Assembly: GCA_964016885.1 (NCBI GenBank)
Contig: OZ024742.1
Coordinates: 112,344,001-112,408,000, forward strand
Reading direction: 5' to 3'
DNA: 64,000 nt
Source of the DNA: Eledone cirrhosa
Taxonomy: Eukaryota
Position 1 is the first letter of the stretch, and each line of letters starts with the position of its first letter. The notes under the pieces were generated by a model. That model saw only the letters and a program-made list of their open reading frames with translations. It was not told the DNA's origin and ran no database searches. This document shows positions 13,317-27,200 of this stretch, piece after piece. The translations under genes were made by a program, and so were the position numbers.

Positions 13317-16310
13317 TAAATAATACCTGGAACAAAGATACGGCCATTGAGGAAATGAATGCTGACGGACTAGGACAAGATTTGGGCGATATCCTAAACT
13401 TAGTGGTAGATGAAATGAACAATGATAATGGGAAAGCTATGAACCTAAGATTTGTAGACAGGAAAAAGTTAAAATAAAACAAGAGCTAAGGTAAAAAATG
13501 TCATACCATACATTGAGGCGAGGAGCCTTCACCAGTGCAACAATATCCTCAATGCAACAGCAAATGCGGTGAGGAAATTACTTGGCATAAAAGCGAGAGG
13601 AAATTACTTGGCATAAAAACGAGAGGAAACAACAAATATTAAGATCAGAACCTTGGTGGAAGAAACGACTGAATGGTCAAATCAGGCAAATCAGAAATGA
13701 CATTAGAAAACTTGAGTCCCTACTGAATGCGACACTAAAAAACATAGACTGGAAATAAAGTACAAAACTAGGAGGAAAACGCTAAATAATATCAGAGAGG
13801 AACTGAAGCAACGCATTGTAGCAAAGAGGGCAAAATTTAGGCGATATGAGAGCAGAGTCAGTCAGTATAGACAGAACCGCATGTTTGACAACAACCAGAA
13901 GATGTTGTTTGGACAGCTTGAAGGGAAAGAAAGAGGATACGACTTGATCCCTGAGGCTGAAAATACTAAGACATTCTGGAGAGGAATATCGGAGCAGGAT
14001 GTTAAACATAATGACCAGGCAGTGTGGTTTGAGACAGTACAAAAGGAGATTAGTGAACAGGCACACCAACAAACTCATTTGAGTATCACAGTTGAAACTC
14101 TTAAGGGGCAGGCCAAAAAACTAACCAACTGGAAATCATCAGGCCTAGATGGTGTGCGGAGGTATTGGATTAAACATATAAAATCCCTCCACTCGAAACT
14201 GACAACCATGTTCAATGACTGCTTGATGTCAGGTGAGGTACCAGAGTGGTTGACAAAAGGTACCACAGTTCAGGTAATGAAAGATATAATCAAGGGTAAT
14301 GATGTTACCAACTATAGACCTATCACATGTCTGTCCGTAATGTGGAGACTGTTAAGAAGCATTGTGTCTGAGGAAATCTACCATCACCTCCAGATAAACA
14401 ACTTGATACCGGACGAACAGAAAGGATGCCGAAAGAAGTCCCGTGGTACAAAGGACCAGTTACTTATTGATAAGATGGTAATGAGGAATTGCAGGAGGAG
14501 ACACACTAGTCTTGCTATGGGATGGATAGACTACAAAAAGGCATTCGACATGGTGCCTCATTCATGGATCACGAAAAGCCTAGAGATCTTCAAGGTGGCA
14601 GATAACATCAGACAGTTGCTGAGCAAAAGTATGAAGTCCTGGAAAACAGAGTTAACATCGGCTGGAGAATCCTTGGGAGGCGTGAAGACCAAGTGAGGTA
14701 TCTTCCAGGGAGTTAGTCAGTCCCCTCTGTCGTTTTTCCTACCTCTGATGCCCCTGACCATTATACTGGGAAAAGTGAGAGCAGGAAACACGTTGGGAAT
14801 GCGAGAGCTTACCATCGATCACCTCCTCTTCATGGACGATCTCAAGCTCTTCGGGAAGATAGAGAAGGAGTTGGATGTGCTTGTTGACACTGTCCGTATT
14901 TTCTGCAATGATATATGTACGGAATTTGGTATTATTAAGTGTGGAGTCCTTGTGATGAAGAGGGGTAAATTGAGCAGAAGCAACGGAATCCAGGTACCAA
15001 CAGGTGAGATGATAAAGGAAATTGACACTGAAGAAGGATACACATATTTAGTTGCTCTGGAGGCTGATGACATCAAGAACAAAAAAATGAAGGAATTGAT
15101 AAGATCTCAATACGTTCAGAGAGTAAGGAGCGTATTAAAATCACATCTGAACAGTAGGAATGAAAAAAAAAGAGCCGTAGAACAAAACGAAATGGATAGG
15201 AAGACTAGGAAGCTATTGACGATCTACATCATTTCCAGAAGTGGACTGATGTCCATAGACTCTACTTAATGACATTTGAAGGTGGAAGAGGTCTTATCAA
15301 CATAGAGGACTGTGTTCAGATGGAGAAAAACAACCTACACAAATACGTGACTGATAGTAGGCAACCAATGCTCAGAATTGTACTGAAGGAGAGCATAATA
15401 GACCAGGGGATGTCCAAGGAGGAAATAACAACAAGGAAAAAGAGCAACCTTCATGAAAAATCCCTTCATAGTACCTTTTTTGAGAAAACTGAATTCAGAG
15501 ATCCACAGACATGGAACTGATTGAAAAGAGGAGACCTTAAAAAGGCTACATAAGGAATGCTAATGGCTGCGCAAGAGCAGGCCTTCAAAACGAAGTGGTT
15601 GAAGCACCATATTTACAAGGAAGAGGCTAGCTCACTGTGTAGGATCTGTGGAGAGAGAGGGTAGACTGTGGCGGACATTGTATCCGAGTGTAAACACCTA
15701 GCCCAGACTGACTATAAAGGCTAGAGACATGATGTGATGGGCAGGGTGATCCACTGGGACCTATGCAAAGTAAACAAATTACCACATTCTGAGAAGTGAT
15801 ATGAGCATAAGCCAGAGTCGGTGATAAAAAACGATTAGGTGAAGGTGCTGTGTGATTTTAGGATACAGACGGACAAGAAATTGGAACACAATAGACCTGA
15901 CCTTGTGGTTTTGACTAGGAAAAAAAATCGTGCCTGATTGTGGATGTAGCGTGCCTATTCGACACGAGAGTGCAAGAGAAGGAGAGGGAGAAAATTAACC
16001 GATACCAGGACTTAAAGTGGGAGGTAAAAAGGATATGGAACTGCCATGAAGTCAAAGTGGTCCCGATTGTCATAGGCGCACTAGGTACTAACTGAAAGAG
16101 GTTCCAAGGCTGGTTAAAGAAAATGTGTCCCGCCCCGCTTTTTGGAACACTTCAAAAGGCATGCTTGCGAGGAACAGCAAGAACTCTCCGATACGTCCTG
16201 AATATCTGAGGCTGGAGGTAGTGGCTTGATATTCATTTCAAGAAACTTCCCAGTTAAATAATATCAATGACTGAGACTCAAACAACAATAATAATAATAA
16301 TAATAATAAT
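13317..16310 (+). mobile_element. R4/Dong-clade LINE (RT + restriction-like endonuclease), 5'-truncated, multiple stops and frameshifts
   Basis: NYRPITCL, EQKGCRK.SRGTKDQLLID, WIDYKKAFDMVPHSW, HLLFMDDLKLF, GGRGL, CRICG zinc knuckle, RHD, HNRPD, VVPIVIGALG; (TAA)n tail at 16288-16310, as expected for Dong. Confidence 0.9.
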
Positions 16311-16452
16311 GGTTGCTTGTTTAGTCACAAGGCCAGCAATTTTGGGGAGATGAAATGGATTAAATCGTTCACAGTTCTTCACTAGAGTACTTTATTGTAT
16401 CGATGAAAGGTAAAAGTAATATCGGAGGGATTTGTACTCAGAACGTAAAGGA
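16311..16452 (-). mobile_element. SINE fragment (same Nin-type family)
   Basis: CACAAGGCCAGCAATTT...GATGAAAGGTAAAAG...TCGG.GGGATTTG.ACTCAGAACGTAAAG. Confidence 0.65.
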
Positions 16453-16588
16453 CCGAAAATCTATGTCACGTAAAATGGTGTCCGAGGGAAAAGGAGACCA
16501 TTAAGCGTACCAGGCATTTGGAGTGGGAATTAAAACGGATCAAGCTCATCCCGATTGACATAGGAGTACTAGGCACTACCTCGAACAA

Positions 16589-17023
16589 GTAATTGAACAA
16601 GTACTTTCATGCTTTCGCAATCTTCAGGTTCATAGTGTGTGGTGACAGTCAAGTTTACAATGTTCAACTGTAATGAGATGGGTAAATTGTGTATCTTATA
16701 TACAGTGAAATTTGGCTCCAGAATGCTAAATCTTGCAAACTTTATTTCGACCAACCGGTCGAAATACAGTTTGCAAGATTTAGCATTCTGGAGCCATTTT
16801 TCACTGTATATAAGTTACAAAATTTACCCATCTCATTACAGTTGAAAATTGTAATTTTGACTGTCACCACACATTATGAACATGAAGATTGCGAAAGCAT
16901 GAAAGTACTTGTTTAATTAACACTTACAATTTAATATTCTATCATACTATTTCATTATGATACCATTATAATTTTTAAAGGATTGTAAATAAAACAAGTA
17001 AATCAGACAAAGTTGGAATTCCT

Positions 17024-17027
<4 letters not shown>
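16589..17027. mobile_element. Palindromic head-to-head HHR-bearing non-autonomous element (same family as 51934-52320)
   Basis: Arms 16589-16752 and 16757-16918 are inverted. HHR on minus 16594-16632 (TGAAC-CTGAAGA-TTGC GAAA GCAT-GAAAG TA CTT-GTTCA); core-mutated copy on plus 16877-16915. Confidence 0.85.
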
Positions 17028-17071
<44 letters not shown>

Positions 17072-17104
17072 CATACAAATATGTATATATATATATATAT
17101 ATAT

Positions 17105-20100
17105 ATTGGAATAAATGCTCTGAAATAGCGATATATATGTGAATATAGACATAGAATATTCGAAAATATTCTGTATGTTTATAATAAACATTTTGAAGAC
17201 CTAATCGCTATATAATAGAATACGTCACGTATTACAATTAGATTCTCGATAAAAGCAAGGGAAGTAATCTACGCGTTTCATTCTCATTAGAAATCATCAG
17301 GACTACATATCCAGTGCTTTTATCGAGAATGACACAGCTAGAGACTTATAGAATACTTAGCTGTGTACAGGAACTGGTTTGAAAGAGCGGTTGCCGGTCC
17401 GGCAGAAATTAGAAATTGGAATAAATGCTCTGAAATAGCGATATATATGTGAATATAGACATAGAATATTCGAAAATATTCTGTATGTTTATAATAAACA
17501 TTTTGAAGACCTAATCGCTATATAATAGAATACGTCACGTATTACAATTAGATTCTCGATACAAGCAAGGGAAGTAATCTACGCGTTTCATTCTCGTTAG
17601 AAATCATCAGGACTACATATCCAGTGCTTTTATCGAGAATGACACAGCTAGAGACTTATAGAATACTTAGCTGTGTACAGGAACTGGTTTGAAAGAGCGG
17701 TTGCCGGTCCGGCAGAAATTAGAAATTGGAATAAATGCTCTGAAATAGCGATATATATGTGAATATAGACATAGAATATTCGAAAATATTCTGTATGTTT
17801 ATAATAAACATTTTGAAGACCTAATCGCTATATAATAGAATACGTCACGTATTACAATTAGATTCTCGATAAAAGCAAGGGAAGTAATCTACGCGTTTCA
17901 TTCTCGTTAGAAATCATCAGGACTACATATCCAGTGCTTTTATCGAGAATGACACAGCTAGAGACTTATAGAATACTTAGCTGTGTACAGGAACTGGTTT
18001 GAAAGAGCGGTTGCCGGTCCGGCAGAAATTAGAAATTGGAATAAATGCTCTGAAATAGCGATATATATGTGAATATAGACATAGAATATTCGAAAATATT
18101 CTGTATGTTTATAATAAACATTTTGAAGACCTAATCGCTATATAATAGAATACGTCACGTATTACAATTAGATTCTCGATAAAAGCAAGGGAAGTAATCT
18201 ACGCGTTTCATTCTCGTTAGAAATCATCAGGACTACATATCCAGTGCTTTTATCGAGAATGACACAGCTAGAGACTTATAGAATACTTAGCTGTGTACAG
18301 GAACTGGTTTGAAAGAGCGGTTGCCGGTCCGGCAGAAATTAGAAATTGGAATAAATGCTCTGAAATAGCGATATATATGTGAATATAGACATAGAATATT
18401 CGAAAATATTCTGTATGTTTATAATAAACATTTTGAAGACCTAATCGCTATATAATAGAATACGTCACGTATTACAATTAGATTCTCGATAAAAGCAAGG
18501 GAAGTAATCTACGCGTTTCATTCTCGTTAGAAATCATCAGGACTACATATCCAGTGCTTTTATCGAGAATGACACAGCTAGAGACTTATAGAATACTTAG
18601 CTGTGTACAGGAACTGGTTTGAAAGAGCGGTTGCCGGTCCGGCAGAAATTAGAAATTGGAATAAATGCTCTGAAGTAGCGATATATATGTGAATATAGAC
18701 ATAGAATATTCGAAAATATTCTGTATGTTTATAATAAACATTTTGAAGACCTAATCGCTATATAATAGAATACGTCACGTATTACAATTAGATTCTCGAT
18801 AAAAGCAAGGGAAGTAATCTACGCGTTTCATTCTCGTTAGAAATCATCAGGACTACATATCCAGTGCTTTTATCGAGAATGACACAGCTAGAGACTTATA
18901 GAATACTTAGCTGTGTACAGGAACTGGTTTGAAAGAGCGGTTGCCGGTCCGGCAGAAATTAGAAATTGGAATAAATGCTCTGAAATAGCGATATATATGT
19001 GAATATAGACATAGAATATTCGAAAATATTCTGTATGTTTATAATAAACATTTTGAAGACCTAATCGCTATATAATAGAATACGTCACGTATTACAATTA
19101 GATTCTCGATAAAAGCAAGGGAAGTAATCTACGCGTTTCATTCTCGTTAGAAATCATCAGGACTACATATCCAGTGCTTTTATCGAGAATGACACAGCTA
19201 GAGACTTATAGAATACTTAGCTGTGTACAGGAACTGGTTTGAAAGAGCGGTTGCCGGTCCGGCAGAAATTAGAAATTGGAATAAATGCTCTGAAATAGCG
19301 ATATATATGTGAATATAGACATAGAATATTCGAAAATATTCTGTATGTTTATAATAAACATTTTGAAGACCTAATCGCTATATAATAGAATACGTCACGT
19401 ATTACAATTAGATTCTCGATAAAAGCAAGGGAAGTAATCTACGCGTTTCATTCTCGTTAGAAATCATCAGGACTACATATCCAGTGCTTTTATCGAGAAT
19501 GACACAGCTAGAGACTTATAGAATACTTAGCTGTGTACAGGAACTGGTTTGAAAGAGCGGTTGCCGGTCCGGCAGAAATTAGAAATTGGAATAAATGCTC
19601 TGAAATAGCGATATATATGTGAATATAGACATAGAATATTCGAAAATATTCTGTATGTTTATAATAAACATTTTGAAGACCTAATCGCTATATAATAGAA
19701 TACGTCACGTATTACAATTAGATTCTCGATAAAAGCAAGGGAAGTAATCTACGCGTTTCATTCTCGTTAGAAATCATCAGGACTACATATCCAGTGCTTT
19801 TATCGAGAATGACACAGCTAGAGACTTATAGAATACTTAGCTGTGTACAGGAACTGGTTTGAAAGAGCGGTTGCCGGTCCGGCAGAAATTAGAAATTGGA
19901 ATAAATGCTCTGAAATAGCGATATATATGTGAATATAGACATAGAATATTCGAAAATATTCTGTATGTTTATAATAAACATTTTGAAGACCTAATCGCTA
20001 TATAATAGAATACGTCACGTATTACAATTAGATTCTCGATAAAAGCAAGGGAAGTAATCTACGCGTTTCATTCTCGTTAGAAATCATCAGGACTACATAT

Positions 20101-23100
20101 CCAGTGCTTTTATCGAGAATGACACAGCTAGAGACTTATAGAATACTTAGCTGTGTACAGGAACTGGTTTGAAAGAGCGGTTGCCGGTCCGGCAGAAATT
20201 AGAAATTGGAATAAATGCTCTGAAATAGCGATATATATGTGAATATAGACATAGAATATTCGAAAATATTCTGTATGTTTATAATAAACATTTTGAAGAC
20301 CTAATCGCTATATAATAGAATACGTCACGTATTACAATTAGATTCTCGATAAAAGCAAGGGAAGTAATCTACGCGTTTCATTCTCGTTAGAAATCATCAG
20401 GACTACATATCCAGTGCTTTTATCGAGAATGACACAGCTAGAGACTTATAGAATACTTAGCTGTGTACAGGAACTGGTTTGAAAGAGCGGTTGCCGGTCC
20501 GGCAGAAATTAGAAATTGGAATAAATGCTCTGAAATAGCGATATATATGTGAATATAGACATAGAATATTCGAAAATATTCTGTATGTTTATAATAAACA
20601 TTTTGAAGACCTAATCGCTATATAATAGAATACGTCACGTATTACAATTAGATTCTCGATAAAAGCAAGGGAAGTAATCTACGCGTTTCATTCTCGTTAG
20701 AAATCATCAGGACTACATATCCAGTGCTTTTATCGAGAATGACACAGCTAGAGACTTATAGAATACTTAGCTGTGTACAGGAACTGGTTTGAAAGAGCGG
20801 TTGCCGGTCCGGCAGAAATTAGAAATTGGAATAAATGCTCTGAAATAGCGATATATATGTGAATATAGACATAGAATATTCGAAAATATTCTGTATGTTT
20901 ATAATAAACATTTTGAAGACCTAATCGCTATATAATAGAATACGTCACGTATTACAATTAGATTCTCGATAAAAGCAAGGGAAGTAATCTACGCGTTTCA
21001 TTCTCGTTAGAAATCATCAGGACTACATATCCAGTGCTTTTATCGAGAATGACACAGCTAGAGACTTATAGAATACTTAGCTGTGTACAGGAACTGGTTT
21101 GAAAGAGCGGTTGCCGGTCCGGCAGAAATTAGAAATTGGAATAAATGCTCTGAAATAGCGATATATATGTGAATATAGACATAGAATATTCGAAAATATT
21201 CTGTATGTTTATAATAAACATTTTGAAGACCTAATCGCTATATAATAGAATACGTCACGTATTACAATTAGATTCTCGATAAAAGCAAGGGAAGTAATCT
21301 ACGCGTTTCATTCTCGTTAGAAATCATCAGGACTACATATCCAGTGCTTTTATCGAGAATGACACAGCTAGAGACTTATAGAATACTTAGCTGTGTACAG
21401 GAACTGGTTTGAAAGAGCGGTTGCCGGTCCGGCAGAAATTAGAAATTGGAATAAATGCTCTGAAATAGCGATATATATGTGAATATAGACATAGAATATT
21501 CGAAAATATTCTGTATGTTTATAATAAACATTTTGAAGACCTAATCGCTATATAATAGAATACGTCACGTATTACAATTAGATTCTCGATAAAAGCAAGG
21601 GAAGTAATCTACGCGTTTCATTCTCGTTAGAAATCATCAGGACTACATATCCAGTGCTTTTATCGAGAATGACACAGCTAGAGACTTATAGAATACTTAG
21701 CTGTGTACAGGAACTGGTTTGAAAGAGCGGTTGCCGGTCCGGCAGAAATTAGAAATTGGAATAAATGCTCTGAAATAGCGATATATATGTGAATATAGAC
21801 ATAGAATATTCGAAAATATTCTGTATGTTTATAATAAACATTTTGAAGACCTAATCGCTATATAATAGAATACGTCACGTATTACAATTAGATTCTCGAT
21901 AAAAGCAAGGGAAGTAATCTACGCGTTTCATTCTCGTTAGAAATCATCAGGACTACATATCCAGTGCTTTTATCGAGAATGACACAGCTAGAGACTTATA
22001 GAATACTTAGCTGTGTACAGGAACTGGTTTGAAAGAGCGGTTGCCGGTCCGGCAGAAATTAGAAATTGGAATAAATGCTCTGAAATAGCGATATATATGT
22101 GAATATAGACATAGAATATTCGAAAATATTCTGTATGTTTATAATAAACATTTTGAAGACCTAATCGCTATATAATAGAATACGTCACGTATTACAATTA
22201 GATTCTCGATAAAAGCAAGGGAAGTAATCTACGCGTTTCATTCTCGTTAGAAATCATCAGGACTACATATCCAGTGCTTTTATCGAGAATGACACAGCTA
22301 GAGACTTATAGAATACTTAGCTGTGTACAGGAACTGGTTTGAAAGAGCGGTTGCCGGTCCGGCAGAAATTAGAAATTGGAATAAATGCTCTGAAATAGCG
22401 ATATATATGTGAATATAGACATAGAATATTCGAAAATATTCTGTATGTTTATAATAAACATTTTGAAGACCTAATCGCTATAGAATAGAATACGTCACGT
22501 ATTACAATTAGATTCTCGATAAAAGCAAGGGAAGTAATCTACGCGTTTCATTCTCGTTAGAAATCATCAGGACCACATATCCAGTGCTTTTATCGAGAAT
22601 GACACAGCTAGAGACTTATAGAATACTTAGCTGTGTACAGGAACTGGTTTGAAAGAGCGGTTGCCGGTCCGGCAGAAATTAGAAATTGGAATAAATGCTC
22701 TGAAATAGCGATATATATGTGAATATAGACATAGAATATTCGAAAATATTCTGTATGTTTATAATAAACATTTTGAAGACCTAATCGCTATAGAATAGAA
22801 TACGTCACGTATTACAATTAGATTCTCGATAAAAGCAAGGGAAGTAATCTACGCGTTTCATTCTCGTTAGAAATCATCAGGACCACATATCCAGTGCTTT
22901 TATCGAGAATGACACAGCTAGAGACTTATAGAATACTTAGCTGTGTACAGGAACTGGTTTGAAAGAGCGGTTGCCGGTCCGGCAGAAATTAGAAATTGGA
23001 ATAAATGCTCTGAAATAGCGATATATATGTGAATATAGACATAGAATATTCGAAAATATTCTGTATGTTTATAATAAACATTTTGAAGACCTAATCGCTA

Positions 23101-24209
23101 TAGAATAGAATACGTCACGTATTACAATTAGATTCTCGATAAAAGCAAGGGAAGTAATCTACGCGTTTCATTCTCGTTAGAAATCATCAGGACCACATAT
23201 CCAGTGCTTTTATCGAGAATGACACAGCTAGAGACTTATAGAATACTTAGCTGTGTACAGGAACTGGTTTGAAAGAGCGGTTGCCGGTCCGGCAGAAATT
23301 AGAAATTGGAATAAATGCTCTGAAATAGCGATATATATGTGAATATAGACATAGAATATTCGAAAATATTCTGTATGTTTATAATAAACATTTTGAAGAC
23401 CTAATCGCTATAGAATAGAATACGTCACGTATTACAATTAGATTCTCGATAAAAGCAAGGGAAGTAATCTACGCGTTTCATTCTCGTTAGAAATCATCAG
23501 GACCACATATCCAGTGCTTTTATCGAGAATGACACAGCTAGAGACTTATAGAATACTTAGCTGTGTACAGGAACTGGTTTGAAAGAGCGGTTGCCGGTCC
23601 GGCAGAAATTAGAAATTGGAATAAATGCTCTGAAATAGCGATATATATGTGAATATAGACATAGAATATTCGAAAATATTCTGTATGTTTATAATAAACA
23701 TTTTGAAGACCTAATCGCTATAGAATAGAATACGTCACGTATTACAATTAGATTCTCGATAAAAGCAAGGGAAGTAATCTACGCGTTTCATTCTCGTTAG
23801 AAATCATCAGGACCACATATCCAGTGCTTTTATCGAGAATGACACAGCTAGAGACTTATAGAATACTTAGCTGTGTACAGGAACTGGTTTGAAAGAGCGG
23901 TTGCCGGTCCGGCAGAAATTAGAAATTGGAATAAATGCTCTGAAATAGCGATATATATGTGAATATAGACATAGAATATTCGAAAATATTCTGTATGTTT
24001 ATAATAAACATTTTGAAGACCTAATCGCTATAGAATAGAATACGTCACGTATTACAATTAGATTCTCGATAAAAGCAAGGGAAGTAATCTACGCGTTTCA
24101 TTCTCGTTAGAAATCATCAGGACCACATATCCAGTGCTTTTATCGAGAATGACACAGCTAGAGACTTATAGAATACTTAGCTGTGTACAGGAACTGGTTT
24201 GAAAGAGCG
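17105..24209 (-). repeat. 310-bp tandem array, left arm (~22.9 units), retrozyme-like, HHR on minus strand
   Basis: Exact 310-bp periodicity (17105, 17415, 17725...), near-identical units, one HHR per unit (first at 17260-17312). Confidence 0.95.
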
Positions 24210-27200
24210 TATAAGTCTCTAGCTGTGTCATTCTCGATAAAAGCACTGGATATGTGGTCCTGATGATTTCTAACGAGAATGAAACGCGTAGATTACTTCC
24301 CTTGCTTTTATCGAGAATCTAATTGTAATACGTGACGTATTCTATTCTATAGCGATTAGGTCTTCAAAATGTTTATTATAAACATACAGAATATTTTCGA
24401 ATATTCTATGTCTATATTCACATATATATCGCTATTTCAGAGCATTTATTCCAATTTCTAATTTCTGCCGGGCCGGCAACCGCTCTTTCAAACCAGTTCC
24501 TGTACACAGCTAAGTATTCTATAAGTCTCTAGCTGTGTCATTCTCGATAAAAGCACTGGATATGTGGTCCTGATGATTTCTAACGAGAATGAAACGCGTA
24601 GATTACTTCCCTTGCTTTTATCGAGAATCTAATTGTAATACGTGACGTATTCTATTCTATAGCGATTAGGTCTTCAAAATGTTTATTATAAACATACAGA
24701 ATATTTTCGAATATTCTATGTCTATATTCACATATATATCGCTATTTCAGAGCATTTATTCCAATTTCTAATTTCTGCCGGACCGGCAACCGCTCTTTCA
24801 AACCAGTTCCTGTACACAGCTAAGTATTCTATAAGTCTCTAGCTGTGTCATTCTCGATAAAAGCACTGGATATGTGGTCCTGATGATTTCTAACGAGAAT
24901 GAAACGCGTAGATTACTTCCCTTGCTTTTATCGAGAATCTAATTGTAATACGTGACGTATTCTATTCTATAGCGATTAGGTCTTCAAAATGTTTATTATA
25001 AACATACAGAATATTTTCGAATATTCTATGTCTATATTCACATATATATCGCTATTTCAGAGCATTTATTCCAATTTCTAATTTCTGCCGGACCGGCAAC
25101 CGCTCTTTCAAACCAGTTCCTGTACACAGCTAAGTATTCTATAAGTCTCTAGCTGTGTCATTCTCGATAAAAGCACTGGATATGTGGTCCTGATGATTTC
25201 TAACGAGAATGAAACGCGTAGATTACTTCCCTTGCTTTTATCGAGAATCTAATTGTAATACGTGACGTATTCTATTCTATAGCGATTAGGTCTTCAAAAT
25301 GTTTATTATAAACATACAGAATATTTTCGAATATTCTATGTCTATATTCACATATATATCGCTATTTCAGAGCATTTATTCCAATTTCTAATTTCTGCCG
25401 GACCGGCAACCGCTCTTTCAAACCAGTTCCTGTACACAGCTAAGTATTCTATAAGTCTCTAGCTGTGTCATTCTCGATAAAAGCACTGGATATGTGGTCC
25501 TGATGATTTCTAACGAGAATGAAACGCGTAGATTACTTCCCTTGCTTTTATCGAGAATCTAATTGTAATACGTGACGTATTCTATTCTATAGCGATTAGG
25601 TCTTCAAAATGTTTATTATAAACATACAGAATATTTTCGAATATTCTATGTCTATATTCACATATATATCGCTATTTCAGAGCATTTATTCCAATTTCTA
25701 ATTTCTGCCGGACCGGCAACCGCTCTTTCAAACCAGTTCCTGTACACAGCTAAGTATTCTATAAGTCTCTAGCTGTGTCATTCTCGATAAAAGCACTGGA
25801 TATGTGGTCCTGATGATTTCTAACGAGAATGAAACGCGTAGATTACTTCCCTTGCTTTTATCGAGAATCTAATTGTAATACGTGACGTATTCTATTCTAT
25901 AGCGATTAGGTCTTCAAAATGTTTATTATAAACATACAGAATATTTTCGAATATTCTATGTCTATATTCACATATATATCGCTATTTCAGAGCATTTATT
26001 CCAATTTCTAATTTCTGCCGGACCGGCAACCGCTCTTTCAAACCAGTTCCTGTACACAGCTAAGTATTCTATAAGTCTCTAGCTGTGTCATTCTCGATAA
26101 AAGCACTGGATATGTGGTCCTGATGATTTCTAACGAGAATGAAACGCGTAGATTACTTCCCTTGCTTTTATCGAGAATCTAATTGTAATACGTGACGTAT
26201 TCTATTCTATAGCGATTAGGTCTTCAAAATGTTTATTATAAACATACAGAATATTTTCGAATATTCTATGTCTATATTCACATATATATCGCTATTTCAG
26301 AGCATTTATTCCAATTTCTAATTTCTGCCGGACCGGCAACCGCTCTTTCAAACCAGTTCCTGTACACAGCTAAGTATTCTATAAGTCTCTAGCTGTGTCA
26401 TTCTCGATAAAAGCACTGGATATGTGGTCCTGATGATTTCTAACGAGAATGAAACGCGTAGATTACTTCCCTTGCTTTTATCGAGAATCTAATTGTAATA
26501 CGTGACGTATTCTATTCTATAGCGATTAGGTCTTCAAAATGTTTATTATAAACATACAGAATATTTTCGAATATTCTATGTCTATATTCACATATATATC
26601 GCTATTTCAGAGCATGTATTCCAATTTCTAATTTCTGCCGGACCGGCAACCGCTCTTTCAAACCAGTTCCTGTACACAGCTAAGTATTCTATAAGTCTCT
26701 AGCTGTGTCATTCTCGATAAAAGCACTGGATATGTGGTCCTGATGATTTCTAACGAGAATGAAACGCGTAGATTACTTCCCTTGCTTTTATCGAGAATCT
26801 AATTGTAATACGTGACGTATTCTATTCTATAGCGATTAGGTCTTCAAAATGTTTATTATAAACATACAGAATATTTTCGAATATTCTATGTCTATATTCA
26901 CATATATATCGCTATTTCAGAGCATTTATTCCAATTTCTAATTTCTGCCGGACCGGCAACCGCTCTTTCAAACCAGTTCCTGTACACAGCTAAGTATTCT
27001 ATAAGTCTCTAGCTGTGTCATTCTCGATAAAAGCACTGGATATGTGGTCCTGATGATTTCTAACGAGAATGAAACGCGTAGATTACTTCCCTTGCTTTTA
27101 TCGAGAATCTAATTGTAATACGTGACGTATTCTATTCTATAGCGATTAGGTCTTCAAAATGTTTATTATAAACATACAGAATATTTTCGAATATTCTATG

